64,000 nt of DNA from an uncultured Coriobacteriia bacterium (GCA_963803785.1 CAWDNM010000006.1:760135-824134); one strand, 5' to 3'; shown: positions 33,013 through 42,342, numbered from the stretch's first letter. Translations and numbers: made by a program. Notes: a model not told the origin generated them from the letters alone.

Positions 33013-35577
33013 GGGGACGACCGTGATCGTCACCATGGCCACATTGGACTCCAGCGCGCCGTCTTCCGCGCGGTACGTGAACGTGTCGGTGCCGTGGAAG
33101 CCCGCGTTCGGCGTGTATATGTAGGCGCCGTTGGTCGAAAGCGAGAGCGAGCCATGGGCCGGCGGGTCCACGAGATCGGCGGTCAGCGCATCGGTGTCCA
33201 CATCCGTGTCGTTGCCGAGCACTCCGGGCGCTGGCACCGTGAGTGCCGCGCCTTCGTTCACACTCGCCGCGTCACCGAAGGCGACGGGAGCGTGGTTCTC
33301 GGAGTACTGGAGCGTCACGCTCTTGAGCTCCGGAGACAGAACGCCATCGGTCTCGAGGCGCACGACGATGTCGATGTAGTCAGCTTCGTCTAGCGCGCTC
33401 AGATCGGTTCTCGCCGAGGCATCCGTGACCGCACGGCCTAGGTAGTTGCCGGTTCCGGTCGCCCAGTCGATTGGATTCCCGTCGTAGCCGAGCGGCTCGG
33501 TCCAGGTGATGCCGTCATCGGAGCGCCTGACGGCGAACTTGACGGCCTCGAAGGCCTGAGGAGCGACGTTTCGGCATCCAGCCTCGTCCAGGCTGCCAAC
33601 TCGGACGGCCTCTCTGCACGCAAGCCGACTGCCGAACCGCCGCCGCCGATAGTACCGATCCTGTTGCCGGAGGCCGAGAAGGCCAGCCATGCCGCGGTAT
33701 CGGTCTGACCGCCGTTGTTGAGGCCTGCTGCCACCACCGAGCCATCGGACTTGAGGCCCACAGTGTGGAACCCGCCCCCGCCTACGGCCACGATATCGCT
33801 CCAGCCCGAGACATCAAGCTGGTCGGATTCGTTGAGCCCAACTGCCACGACGGTCCCGTCGGACTTGAGGCCCACCGTGTGGTAGTCGCCCGCGCTCACG
33901 GCGACGATGTTGCTCCAGTCGGACAGGGAACACTGGTCGTAATTGTTCAGCCCCACTGCTACTACTGAGCCATCGGCCTTGAGGCCAACCGTGTGGTAGG
34001 CACCTGCGCTCACGGCCACGATATCGCTCCAGCCGGATACGGAGCATTGGCCATAGCCGTTCTCGCCCGTTGCCACGGCGGTGCCGTCGCCGTTGAGCCC
34101 TACCGTGTGCACGTCACCCGCGCTAACAGCCCTGAGGCTACTCCAGCCGCTGACGTTCAGCTCCCCATAGGTGTTCTCGCCCACAGCGACTGCAGTGCCG
34201 TCGCGTCTGAGACCGACCGTGTGCCGACCGCCCGCACTTACGGCCGCGATGTCGCTCCAGCCTGATACGTTGCGCTGGCCGTAGACGTTCTCTCCCACAG
34301 CGACCGCAGTGCCGTCGCGTTTGAGGCCGACCGAGTGGGAGTAGCCCGCGCTCACGGCCGCGATGTCGCTCCAGACTGAAACCACGGACTGCCCGAGATC
34401 GTTCTCGCCCACCGCATATACGGTGCCGCTGGACCGGAGGCCCAGCGTGTGGCGGTTCCCCGCCGCCACCTCAACGATGTCGCCCAGGCCGAGGTGTTGC
34501 GCTGTTGCGAGGCGTTGTCCCCGACGGTCACAACCGAACCGTCAGCCTCCAGACCCACGGAATGAAGGGCGCCAGCCGCAGCGGCGGTGATTCCGTCCCA
34601 GCCAGAGACATTGCGCTGGCCCATGTCATTCCAGCCCGCGGACACGACCGTGCCGTCCGACTTGAGGCCCAGCACGTGATAGTAGTTGGCGTCCACGGCG
34701 ACGATGTCAGTCCAGCCCGTGACGTCGCACTGGCCGTAGCCATTGCCCCCGTCGGCCACAACCGTACCGTCGGAACGCAGGCCGACCGTGAAGTCGCTGC
34801 CGGCGGCTATCGCGATGACGTCGGTCCAGCTCGCCGCATCGTCCCAGTCCGGGTAAACCGATCCGGTCACTACGACCGTCCCATCGGAGTTGAGGCCGAC
34901 TGTGCGGGTCTCACCCGCGGCGATTGCCTTGATGCCAGTCCATCCTGAGACGTTGCACTGATTCGACGATCCGTTTTCGGTGGAGCCGGTCGCCACGACG
35001 CTGCCATCGGCCTTGAGACCCACCGTATGGTTGAGCCCAGCAGCGACCGCGACGATGTCGGTCCAGCCGGTGACGTTCGCCTGGCCGTACGCGTTGTAGC
35101 CAGTCGTCGCTACCGCGTGACCGTCGGATGTGAGGCCCACCGTGTGGTAGTAGCCTGCGGCGATCGTCGTGATGTCGCTCCACCCAGAGACCTCGAGCGG
35201 CCCGAAGTGGTTGTCGCCCACTGCAACGACAGTCCCATCCTCTTTGAGGCCCACCGTGTGGAGAAGCCCGCCGCGACCGCCTTGATCGGCCCCGGGAGCA
35301 TGACGCTGCCCGGAGCACGGCCCGTCGACGCTCCGGAGATGGTCGTCGTCTCGCCCGTGCTGGCAGCGTTGGTCGCGAAGTCCGCCTGCGTGTCCCACGT
35401 CATCGAGTTGAGTGAGGCAGAGGCCGGAGCAGCCCCGGTGAACGCGAGACTGAGCAGCATCACCGCGAGCAACGAGATCGCCAGCGGCCTCACCGCTCCC
35501 CACTGCGCCCGAACGTGCGGAACCCGAGACTGAAGTGCGCCCATGGCTGACCCCTGCATCTGCCCTCTGCTATGCAA
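32381..35577 (-). CDS. secreted RCC1-repeat (double beta-propeller) protein with cadherin/VCBS-like domain, Ig-like stalk and conserved terminal module (about 4-5 frame changes)
   Basis: Signal peptide VRPLAISLLAVMLLSLAFTGAAPASA. About 13 RCC1-like blades follow (AAGYYHTVGLTSDGHAVATTGYNAYGQANVTGWTDIVAV..., AGDYHTVGLKSDGTVVAVGLNESDQLDVSGWSDIVAV). Next is NHAPVAFGDAASVNEGAALTVPAPGVLGNDTDVDTDALTADLVDPPAHGSLSLSTNGAYIYTPNAGFHGTDTFTYRAEDG. The stalk and module are the same as in 30336-32329. Pieces are in track ORFs 35110..35577, 34352..35503, 33438..34469, 32536..33690 and 32381..32752. Confidence 0.85.
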
Positions 35578-35700
35578 AGGGCGAGCGGTAGACGACTCAG
35601 AGCGAGGAGTAGAGCCCCCCGACCCTAGGATTCACAATACCACCTCGGTCGAAGGGCCGAACTCCACTCACGGTGCCGTCGCGTACCAAGCCGGCCGGGC

Positions 35701-35763
35701 TATTTCACCTTCACGTAGTCGTGTCCGCTGGACCATGCCGAGACGTGCCCGCTGTCCGAAACT
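35701..35763 (-). pseudogene. orphan 3'-terminal scrap of the family module
   Basis: Reads ...CPVSDSGHVSAWSSGHDYVKVK-stop (TAG at 35701-35703), homologous to the last ~20 residues of the module. Nothing recognisable lies upstream. Confidence 0.55.
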
Positions 35764-35916
35764 GGGCAGGTCGTCGGCCGCAGCCGAGTGCGCCAGTGCA
35801 TCCTATAGGTCCGGCCTCTCCCTGAGGGTTGCAGGGCAACCCACCACGACGAGTCAGCGCCATGTCTCCCCCGCAACCATCCTCCGCGCTACAATACCGA
35901 CTGCCCCACAGAGGGG

Positions 35917-36190
35917 TGTTTTGCTGGGTGCTACCGTTCGTCAGAGTATCCATACGGTATCCGTGGGTGATTCTCGGCCGATTGTCGCAGGAGTCGCAAG
36001 CCTTCTACCAGCGGAAATGCACCGCAAGCCTCCGTAGCTCAGGGGATAGAGCACAGGTTTCCTAAATGGGCCGAAGTAGCTCTTGCTGGTGGCTGTTGTC
36101 TCATTTAGCTGGGGAAACACTTCATGGTGTTGCTGGGTGTCTCATTGTGATTGGGCTAGTCAGAGTAGCCATACGGTAGCCGCTATTGAC
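35917..36190. repeat. imperfect direct repeats flanking the tRNA remnant
   Basis: 35917-35973 (TGTTTTGCTGGGTG..TCAGAGTATCCATACGGTATCCG) matches 36124-36190 (TGGTGTTGCTGGGTG..TCAGAGTAGCCATACGGTAGCCG). A related GTAGCCGTTGATAGTGAAC occurs at 36950-36968. TGTCTCATT is also repeated, at 36097 and 36137. Confidence 0.6.
36028..36065 (+). pseudogene. decayed tRNA-Arg(CCU): 5' half only
   Basis: GCCTCCG-TA-GCTC-AGGGGATA-GAGC-A-CAGGT-TTCCTAA gives an acceptor 5' strand, an intact D-arm, the 5' anticodon stem and a loop with anticodon CCT. The 3' anticodon stem (ACCTG), T-arm and acceptor 3' strand are absent. The following TGGGCCGAAG only faintly resembles a variable loop. Confidence 0.7.
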
Positions 36191-36326
36191 TGAACAGGCG
36201 CCCGGTTCCCAACCCGCAGTCGTGACCGAAATCGAAGCGGCCCGGGCCGGGCTTTTGGACGCACTTGCCCTTGCCCCGGACACCGCAGGCGGACTAGGGC
36301 CGTTCCTCCTTGGCCAGGACCTCGCC

Positions 36327-36629
36327 TCAGAGACTCGTCCTCAGTGTGCCTGCTCCGACAACCCGAACTTCGACTGCACCTCGCTTAACCCCATCGGCCG
36401 CGAACTCGACCCGTCCCACCCCAAACAGGTCACCTTCGTCAGTCGACACCAGAATCGATGCCTCCTTGATGGCTCCCGAGCGGCGAATCTCATCGCAGAG
36501 CTCACGGTCCCAATCCGACCGCATGATGACGGTCCAGCCATCTCCGTCTCGCCGGAGGGTGGCCGATCTCATCGAAGCATCATCGAGCAGGCGAGCATCG
36601 ATTCGCAGCGCATTCACGTCAACGTACAC
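36327..36629 (-). CDS. hypothetical small protein
   Basis: 100-aa ORF (GTG start): VYVDVNALRIDARLLDDASMRSATLRRDGDGWTVIMRSDWDRELCDEIRRSGAIKEASILVSTDEGDLFGVGRVEF... Its composition is more protein-like than the overlapping plus-strand ORF 36186..36683. No family recognised. Confidence 0.3.
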   Translation of the reverse strand: MYVDVNALRIDARLLDDASMRSATLRRDGDGWTVIMRSDWDRELCDEIRRSGAIKEASILVSTDEGDLFGVGRVEFAADGVKRGAVEVRVVGAGTLRTSL

Positions 36630-36842
36630 GCGTTACTCCCCACATTGCCTGAGTCCATCCAAGACAGCGTAGCGTGCCTCTGAGATCAGTCGAACGCCGC
36701 CACCAAATCAATCTCGACGACGCGCGGTCGATGGTTGCTGGCCCCCAGGCCTCGCGAGTCCGCACTGCGGCTGTCGCTTTGATCACCATGATTCCGCTGA
36801 CCAGCCCACAACCGCCTTGGTCAATTCTCAATTCTTAGCTTC

Positions 36843-37019
36843 GTTGATAGTAGACTGATAGTTGCCCTGTTTTCGCAGGTCAGAGCCCTTGTCGAACTAT
36901 TCTCGAATGTGTGTTCGATTCTGACTTCTCACTGCACTATCAATATCCGTAGCCGTTGATAGTGAACTGATACTTCGCCCGTTCGCGCAGGTCACAGGAC
37001 CCGCTCAACTATCAGTCTC
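36843..37019. repeat. two ~58-bp imperfect direct repeats with a 13-bp inverted repeat at the outer ends
   Basis: Unit 1 is 36843-36900 (GTTGATAGTAGACTGATAGTTGCCCTGTTTTCGCAGGTCAGAGCCC..AACTAT). Unit 2 is 36955-37013 (GTTGATAGTGAACTGATACTTCGCCCGTTCGCGCAGGTCACAGGACCC..AACTAT), ~80% identical. AGACTGATAGTTG (36852-36864) is the exact reverse complement of CAACTATCAGTCT (37007-37019). The region is AT-rich and lies just 3' of fic. Confidence 0.7.
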
Positions 37020-37037
37020 AGAATGCTCAGTCGCAGA

Positions 37038-38502
37038 CTACGGGCGGGATTGCCCTTCTGTGTTTGCGGCGATCATCTCCCTGAGGTTGGGCGACGGCAC
37101 GAACAGGAACTTCCGGCCCGCACGCTGCTGGAGCAGGTAGCCGGCTTCCGTCAAAGACAGCAAGTCCGCCCGTGCGGTGGCGTAGGCGACGGCATGAGAA
37201 GCCGCATGGGACTCCATCGTGACCTGCACGCTCGGATCCTTGAGCGCACGGATCAGCACGGCGCGCTGGCGGTGATTCAGGCTGAGATCGCGCTTGAGAC
37301 TCTTCTGGAGCCGACCGTCCTCCTCAGACTTCCTACTCATGTACTCATGCAGCTCTTCTATCGCCTGCTCGATCGCGTGGAGGTTGAACGTGACGAAGTA
37401 GGTCATGTCGCAATCGTCTTGCTCGGAGTAGAGGTATGCCTTGTCGTACTGCCCTCGCCTGCCGAGGATGACGCGCGAGATTGCCAGGTACTCGAACAGC
37501 CAATAGCCCCGTTTCAACATATATAGGTAGAAGAGTGCTCTCGCCGTCCGTCCGTTGCCGTCCACGAACGGGTGGAGATAGGCCAGCCAGAAGTGGAGCA
37601 CGATCGCCTTGAGAACGGGGTACTCGAAATCGCCATCGTCGTTGTTCGCGTAGTTGCACAGGGCGATGAGTTGAGGCTCTATCTCGCTCGCGTGTGGCGG
37701 CGTGTGAAGAATCTCCATCCTTGCGTCATCGGCCACCACGACATCGTCATCGGCGGTTCTGAACCGGCCTGCGTCAGCATCGTTGTCGAGAGTTCCCTCC
37801 GTCATCGATTCCTGGAGCGTACAGATCATCTCCGGGGTGATCGGCTCGGCGAGATATGCCTTCATCTTCTGGATGGTGGTGAAGTTGTTGAGGATCGATC
37901 CGCTCCGGGCGATCGGCCGGCTGCCGACCCGTTCTAAGCATCTCCTTGGCGACTCGTGTCGTGGTCGAAGCGCCCTCGATCTGACTGGATGCGATCGCCT
38001 CTTCCATCAGTGAGTTCACGAGGAAGCGCTTCTGGTTCTCGGCAGGAATGCCGCCGCTCTCCATAGTCACGGTGCCACCCGCGCGCTTGTCGACCACATG
38101 GAGGCACCGGAGCACCTCGGGCGTGAGCGAATAGGAGAAGGGATGTCCGTTCACATCGACCACGCGTGTATCGCGGCGATCGAGCGCTCTAGAGAGCTTC
38201 AGGAGGAACCAGGCAACCTTGTGGTCGAAGCCCGTGGGGAGCGTGAGGTACTTGAACTTGTCCCAATACAGGTAGTCTTCGTTTGCGCGCCGCAGGATGT
38301 CGCGAAGAATGGGATTCTGCGCGAACGACAGTGCATCGCCTAGACTCAGGTTTGCACTACCGAGGTCCACGCTCGGAGCGGGTTCGAGCGAACGCTGCTT
38401 CAAAGTAACCCCCGAAATATCAATCGGCCCGTGTGTTGATAGTAGCACGACTACCGATGATCCGACCTGGTTCTCGGCGACGCGAAGTCGATTCGCGCGC
38501 AC
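37038..38502 (-). CDS. Fic-family protein (AMPylase/adenylyltransferase family), one frame change near 37900; start uncertain
   Basis: Canonical Fic motif HPFVDGNGRTARAL in track ORF 37038..37865. The N-terminal domain is in 37774..38502 (ILRDILRRANEDYLYWDKFKYLTLPTGFDHKVAWFLLKLSRAL...SSQIEGASTT). The C-terminal part looks like a winged helix (LNHRQRAVLIRAL). Confidence 0.85.
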
Positions 38503-38864
38503 GGCGGCAACTTACGGCATCGGCTCGGCGTGCATGGATGGTGTTCTCGCCGGCGGACGGTCGGTACAGCCCAGTGGGAGTGAACTGGATTCGCTTCTGC
38601 CGTAGAGACACCATGTTCGGAACCGAAGGTGGGCCGTGGTCCGGAAACAACGCATGGGTCAATGCGCGAATCCTCAGTCCACGCAAGCACGGTTGTGCCG
38701 CGGATGCCACGCACTGAGCACTTCGTCCACGTTGTGGCGGAGAAGGACGCCGTACTTGACCCTGGGATTAAGAGTTTGGGGCAACTAGCAGGTCAATAGA
38801 CAGATAGCCTGTTCGTTGTCACGTAGGTGTCACGGGATTGGCCGGAATGGCAATGCCGGCGCCA

Positions 38865-39012
38865 CCTAACCGCCGAGGTGTCGCATGATCTCGCCGCACT
38901 GCTCGGGAGTAATCTCTCCACTCGCAAGGCGCTTCTTGGCGATTGAGACCGCCTCATCGTCTGGAGGCTTCGTCGTGACCGCTTGGGGACATCGAGGCAC
39001 GAGACTAAGCAC
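38865..39012 (-). CDS. possible small SHOCT-domain protein downstream of cadA
   Basis: Short GTG-initiated frame ending ...DDEAVSIAKKRLASGEITPEQCGEIMRHLGG-stop. The A..IAKKRLA.GEIT.EQ pattern resembles SHOCT/DUF2078 tails (RYA.GEI..EE). Short, and not on the ORF track. Confidence 0.3.
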
Positions 39013-39054
39013 GCCAGGTTATAGGCTGCAAAGTCATGGTCGCCTGAGCACAGG

Positions 39055-41231
39055 CTACCGCTTCGCACGCTCGATGACCGGATGTGCAGACTGCCCCGCC
39101 GAGATAGTGTTGTCTTGGTATCGCAACAACCGCATCCCGTTCACGGTCACAACGATCGAGGCGCCCATGTCGGCCATGATCGCCATCCACAGCGTCAGCC
39201 ATCCGGGGAACATGAGCAGCAGGGCGAGCAGCTTGATTCCAATAGCGAACGCGATGTTGACCTTGATCGTCCGCAGCGCTGCACGACTCAGCCCACGGCG
39301 AACGGAAGCTGCGCCAGGTCGTCGGCCATCAGCGCGATGTCGGCTGTTTCGAGCGCTGTGTCGGTACCGGCCCCTCCCATGGCGACGCCGACTGTCGCGG
39401 TCGCCAGCGCGGGTGCGTCGTTCACGCCGTCACCGACCATCGCGACCTTGCCATACTCACCCAGCAGATTCGTCACGGCGTCGAGTTTCGCCTCAGGGAG
39501 CAGTTCGGCTCGATACTCATCGACACCCGCCTGAACCGCGATTGCGGCAGCTGCTGCCGGGTTGTCACCGGTCAGCATGATCGTGTGCTCGATGCCGATC
39601 CGCCTGAGTGCTGCGACCGCCTCACGACTGGTCGCCCGGACCGCATCTGCGATACCGATGACACCGATGAGGTTCCGTCACGCTCCACGAGCACGACCGT
39701 CTTGCCATCGCGGTGCAGACGCGTCGATCGGCGGCCTTCGCCATCGAGAAGTCGGCGTTGTCCGCGAGCATGCGAGAGCTGCCGACCGACATCTCATGAC
39801 CGTCGACTGTGGCCGTGACCCCGAGCCCCGACACGGACTGCATCTGGTTAATCGGGGAGCAGCGCGATTGCGCGACCCTGCGCCTCTCGGACGATTGCGG
39901 CAGCGAGCGGATGCTGCGAGCCGGTCTCCAGCGATGCCGCCAGCTGCAGCACCCTGGTCTCATCCGCACCGTCAAGTGAGATGACGTCGGTCACCGACGG
40001 GCGCCCCTCCGTGAGGGTCCCGGTCTTGTCGAAAGCCATCGGCCCGTATCGCGCCCATTTCCTCGAGATGGATGCCACCTTTGATGAGGACGCCACGGCG
40101 TGCCGCGTTGCTGATGGCGCTCACGATGGAGACCGGCGTGGAGACGACAAGGGCGCAAGGACACGAGACTATGAGCAGAGATAGGCCCCGGTAGATCCAC
40201 GGCGCCCAAGGCTGGGCCAGCAGCAACGGCGGAGCGAGTCACGATTCCAGCGGCGAGCACCAGGACCACGGGAGTGTAGATCGCCGCGAATCGTTCGACG
40301 AACGCTTGAGAAGGAGCCTTTCTGGCTTGTGCCTCCTCGACCATGTGCACGATGCGGGCGACGGTCGTGTCATCCACCAGGCGCGTCACGCGGACGCGCA
40401 GCAGGCCTTCACCGTTGAGCGTGCCGGCAAACACATCAGCGCCTTCTGTCTTCTCGGCGGGGACGGACTCACCGGTGATGGTCGCCTCGTCGAGACTCGA
40501 CGCACCCGACTCGATCGACGCCGTCGAGCGCGAGCTTCTCGCCGGGACGGACGACCATCAGGTCGCCAACGGCGAACTCCTCGACCGGAATCTCGGCCAT
40601 CTCACCGTCGGGGCGCTCGATGCGAGCTGTCTTGGGAACACCGCCCATCAGGTCGCCTATCGACCGCCTCGCACGCTCCATGGTCCACGACTCGAGCATC
40701 TCCGATGCTGAGAACAGGAAGGCGACGACCGCCGCTTCCTCCCACGCACCGATAGCGCCGGCGCCGATGATTGCCACGGACATGAGCACGCTCATGTTGA
40801 AGTCGAGCTTGGGCAGTGAGAACGCCGCCTTGCGGAAGTTGCTCCATCCGCCGAGCACAATCGCGACGATGTAGAGGCTCATGAAGACAGGGGCGACGGC
40901 GTCCAGCTTCTCCGCTGCAAAGGCCGTCGCGATGAAGGCCCCCGATGCGATCGTCCGTACGAGCTCCCAATCGACGCCCGCCTTCGACGGGGCAGCAGTC
41001 TGCTGCTCTTCAGCGGTCAGTATCCGGTAGTTCTCCTTGCGACCTTCAGCCCGGATGGCCTCGAGGTCGCAGAGCGCCCTCGATGGTGAGCTTGCCCGCT
41101 GTGGGGTTGAGCCGCGCCACGGTCACGCCGGGCAGCTTGGCCACGTTCTTCTCGAACTTGGCCGCACAGTCGAGTCAAGTGATCCCTTCGACAAGCAGGG
41201 TGCATGTCGCGGTCTCGCTCGGCGATGACAT
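39055..41231 (-). CDS. cadA: P1B-type heavy-metal (Cd/Zn/Pb-type) translocating ATPase, about eight frame changes plus an in-frame TGA
   Basis: ATG at 41231 after AGGAGG. HMA domain [44 protein letters not shown]. Motifs are ITGES, the CPC motif ([15 protein letters not shown]), DKTGTLT and [15 protein letters not shown]. The tail ...[12 protein letters not shown] ends with a stop at 39055-39057. Pieces are in track ORFs 40469..40882, 39991..40434, 39972..40226, 39848..40096, 39622..39975 and 39288..39578. Confidence 0.85.
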
Positions 41232-41258
41232 TGGTTGCCTCCTAGGCACAAACGGGAT

Positions 41259-41292
41259 TACACTCAAACGGTCAAGCGCATGTTTGAGTGTA
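41259..41292. promoter_or_regulatory. cad-type operator: 11-bp perfect inverted repeat in the cadA/cadC divergent intergenic region
   Basis: TACACTCAAAC-N12-GTTTGAGTGTA lies between the cadA start (41231) and the cadC start (41345). The half-site ACACTCAAA resembles the staphylococcal cad operator as I remember it. Confidence 0.65.
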
Positions 41293-41344
41293 TGCGTCGC
41301 GCAGTATGATAGTCAAGTAGGCACTTGAGGATCTTGGAGGTCCC

Positions 41345-41712
41345 ATGGCCAAGCAGACAGACCCGCCCGTATGCGAAGTCGAGTGCGTGCACGCCGACAA
41401 GGTCGATGAACTGCGGCCTGTCGTCAGGCAGGCTCGCTGGCGTCGGCGAGACCGTCGCAAACCTCGCCGACGATACCCGCTTCAAGGTGCTCTACGCCCT
41501 GAGCCAGTCAGAGCTCTGCGTATGCGACGTCGCTGCAGTCGTGGGCGAGTACGACCGCAGCCGCTTCGTATCATCTGCGCCTCCTCTATCGCACCGGGCT
41601 TGTGGACTACCGCCGCGATGGCAGGCTGGTCTATTACCGACTGGCAGATGACAAGATGCGCTCGGTTCTGGAGGCAATCAAGACGTATCTGCTCGCTGGA
41701 CAGGCGTCGTGA
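41345..41712 (+). CDS. cadC: ArsR/SmtB-family metalloregulator, CadC-like (two frame changes)
   Basis: MAKQTDPPVCEVECVHADKVDEL carries the N-terminal Cys pair. ANLADDTRFKVLYALSQSELCVCDVAAVVG carries the helix-3 CVC site. AAASYHLRLLYRTGLVDYRRDGRLVYYRLAD is the wHTH. The stop at 41710-41712 overlaps the next GTG. Confidence 0.8.
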
Positions 41713-42342
41713 GCATCAGCGTAGACATGCCGGGCACTGCTTACGCTGGCCTTCTCTTTGGCGGCTACGCCCTGCTCTGGGCTCTCAAACGGAGAAGCCA
41801 GCTGATCGCCACCGGAATCGACCCCGACGTGTTCGCACAGCGGCCCTCTAACGGGCTTCAGAGCTACATATCCAGCCTGTCGCGAATCCTTCAAGTCTAT
41901 GTGGCCGTGCTGCTCGTGGCGCATGCTCTCGCACCTGCAACCACATGGGGGCTGCGCACGCCTGCCATTGCTCGACGGTCCAGGAGTCAATGAGATCGGT
42001 CTCTTCGTCGGCGTGGCGGGGCTGACACTCTGCTGGTACGCCCAGCGAACCATGGCGGCTTCGTGGCGAGTGGGCATCGACGAAACGAACCCCACTGAGC
42101 TCGTCACGGAGGGTCCATTTCAACCTCGTCCGTAACCCCACATACTCGGGCCTGTTCGTTCTCACGCTGGGGCTCTGGCTGATATGGCCGACCTGGGCAG
42201 TTACTCACGTTCGCGCTACTCTTCGTCGTCATGCTCGAAGTGCAGGTCCGCTGTGAGGAGGAGTACCTGCTCCTGCATCATGGCGAAGATCTACGCAACA
42301 TACTTCGCCAAAACCAAGCGCTACGTGCCCGGCGTGTACTGA
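41709..42342 (+). CDS. isoprenylcysteine carboxyl methyltransferase (ICMT)-like membrane protein (about three frame changes)
   Basis: Multi-TM protein. The conserved tail reads ...ELVTEGPF.LVRNPTYSGLFVLTLGLWLIW...MLEVQVRCEEEYLLLHHGE..YATYFAKTKRYVPGVY-stop (42340-42342). The RNP.Y and EE..L motifs are typical of the ICMT/PEMT family. Confidence 0.65.

Noticed and set aside
28400-35300. Strong sequence periodicity that could be mistaken for CRISPR arrays or satellite repeats. The period is ~174 bp at 28.9-30.1 and 30.9-32.1 kb, ~150 bp at 33.7-35.3 kb, and ~93 bp at 56.1-57.5 kb.
   Set aside because: The repeats are in-frame protein repeats (PD40 blades, RCC1 blades, HEAT units) that diverge at the nucleotide level. 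There are no identical short direct repeats with unique spacers, and no cas genes.
35543-36037. A 164-aa plus-strand ORF spanning the module scrap and running into the tRNA remnant.
   Set aside because: It crosses a region that is demonstrably a decayed minus-strand gene end plus repeat and tRNA debris, and has no protein-like features.
36186-36683. A 165-aa plus-strand ORF (and 36310..36672) overlapping the small minus-strand ORF.
   Set aside because: The translation is Pro/Ser/Arg-rich and low in hydrophobic periodicity. The minus-strand frame (36327..36629) reads more like a folded protein, although it too is low confidence.
36911-36925. T-loop-like GTTCGATTC that might be the missing 3' half of the tRNA-Arg remnant.
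   Set aside because: The flanking bases cannot form a T-stem (ATGTG versus CTGAC). No acceptor 3' strand (CGGAGGC) follows.
41100-41177. Asserting selenocysteine incorporation in CadA.
   Set aside because: No convincing SECIS hairpin lies downstream of the UGA, no Sec machinery is visible in the window, and the gene is otherwise heavily disrupted. It is kept only as a hypothesis to check, not as an annotation.
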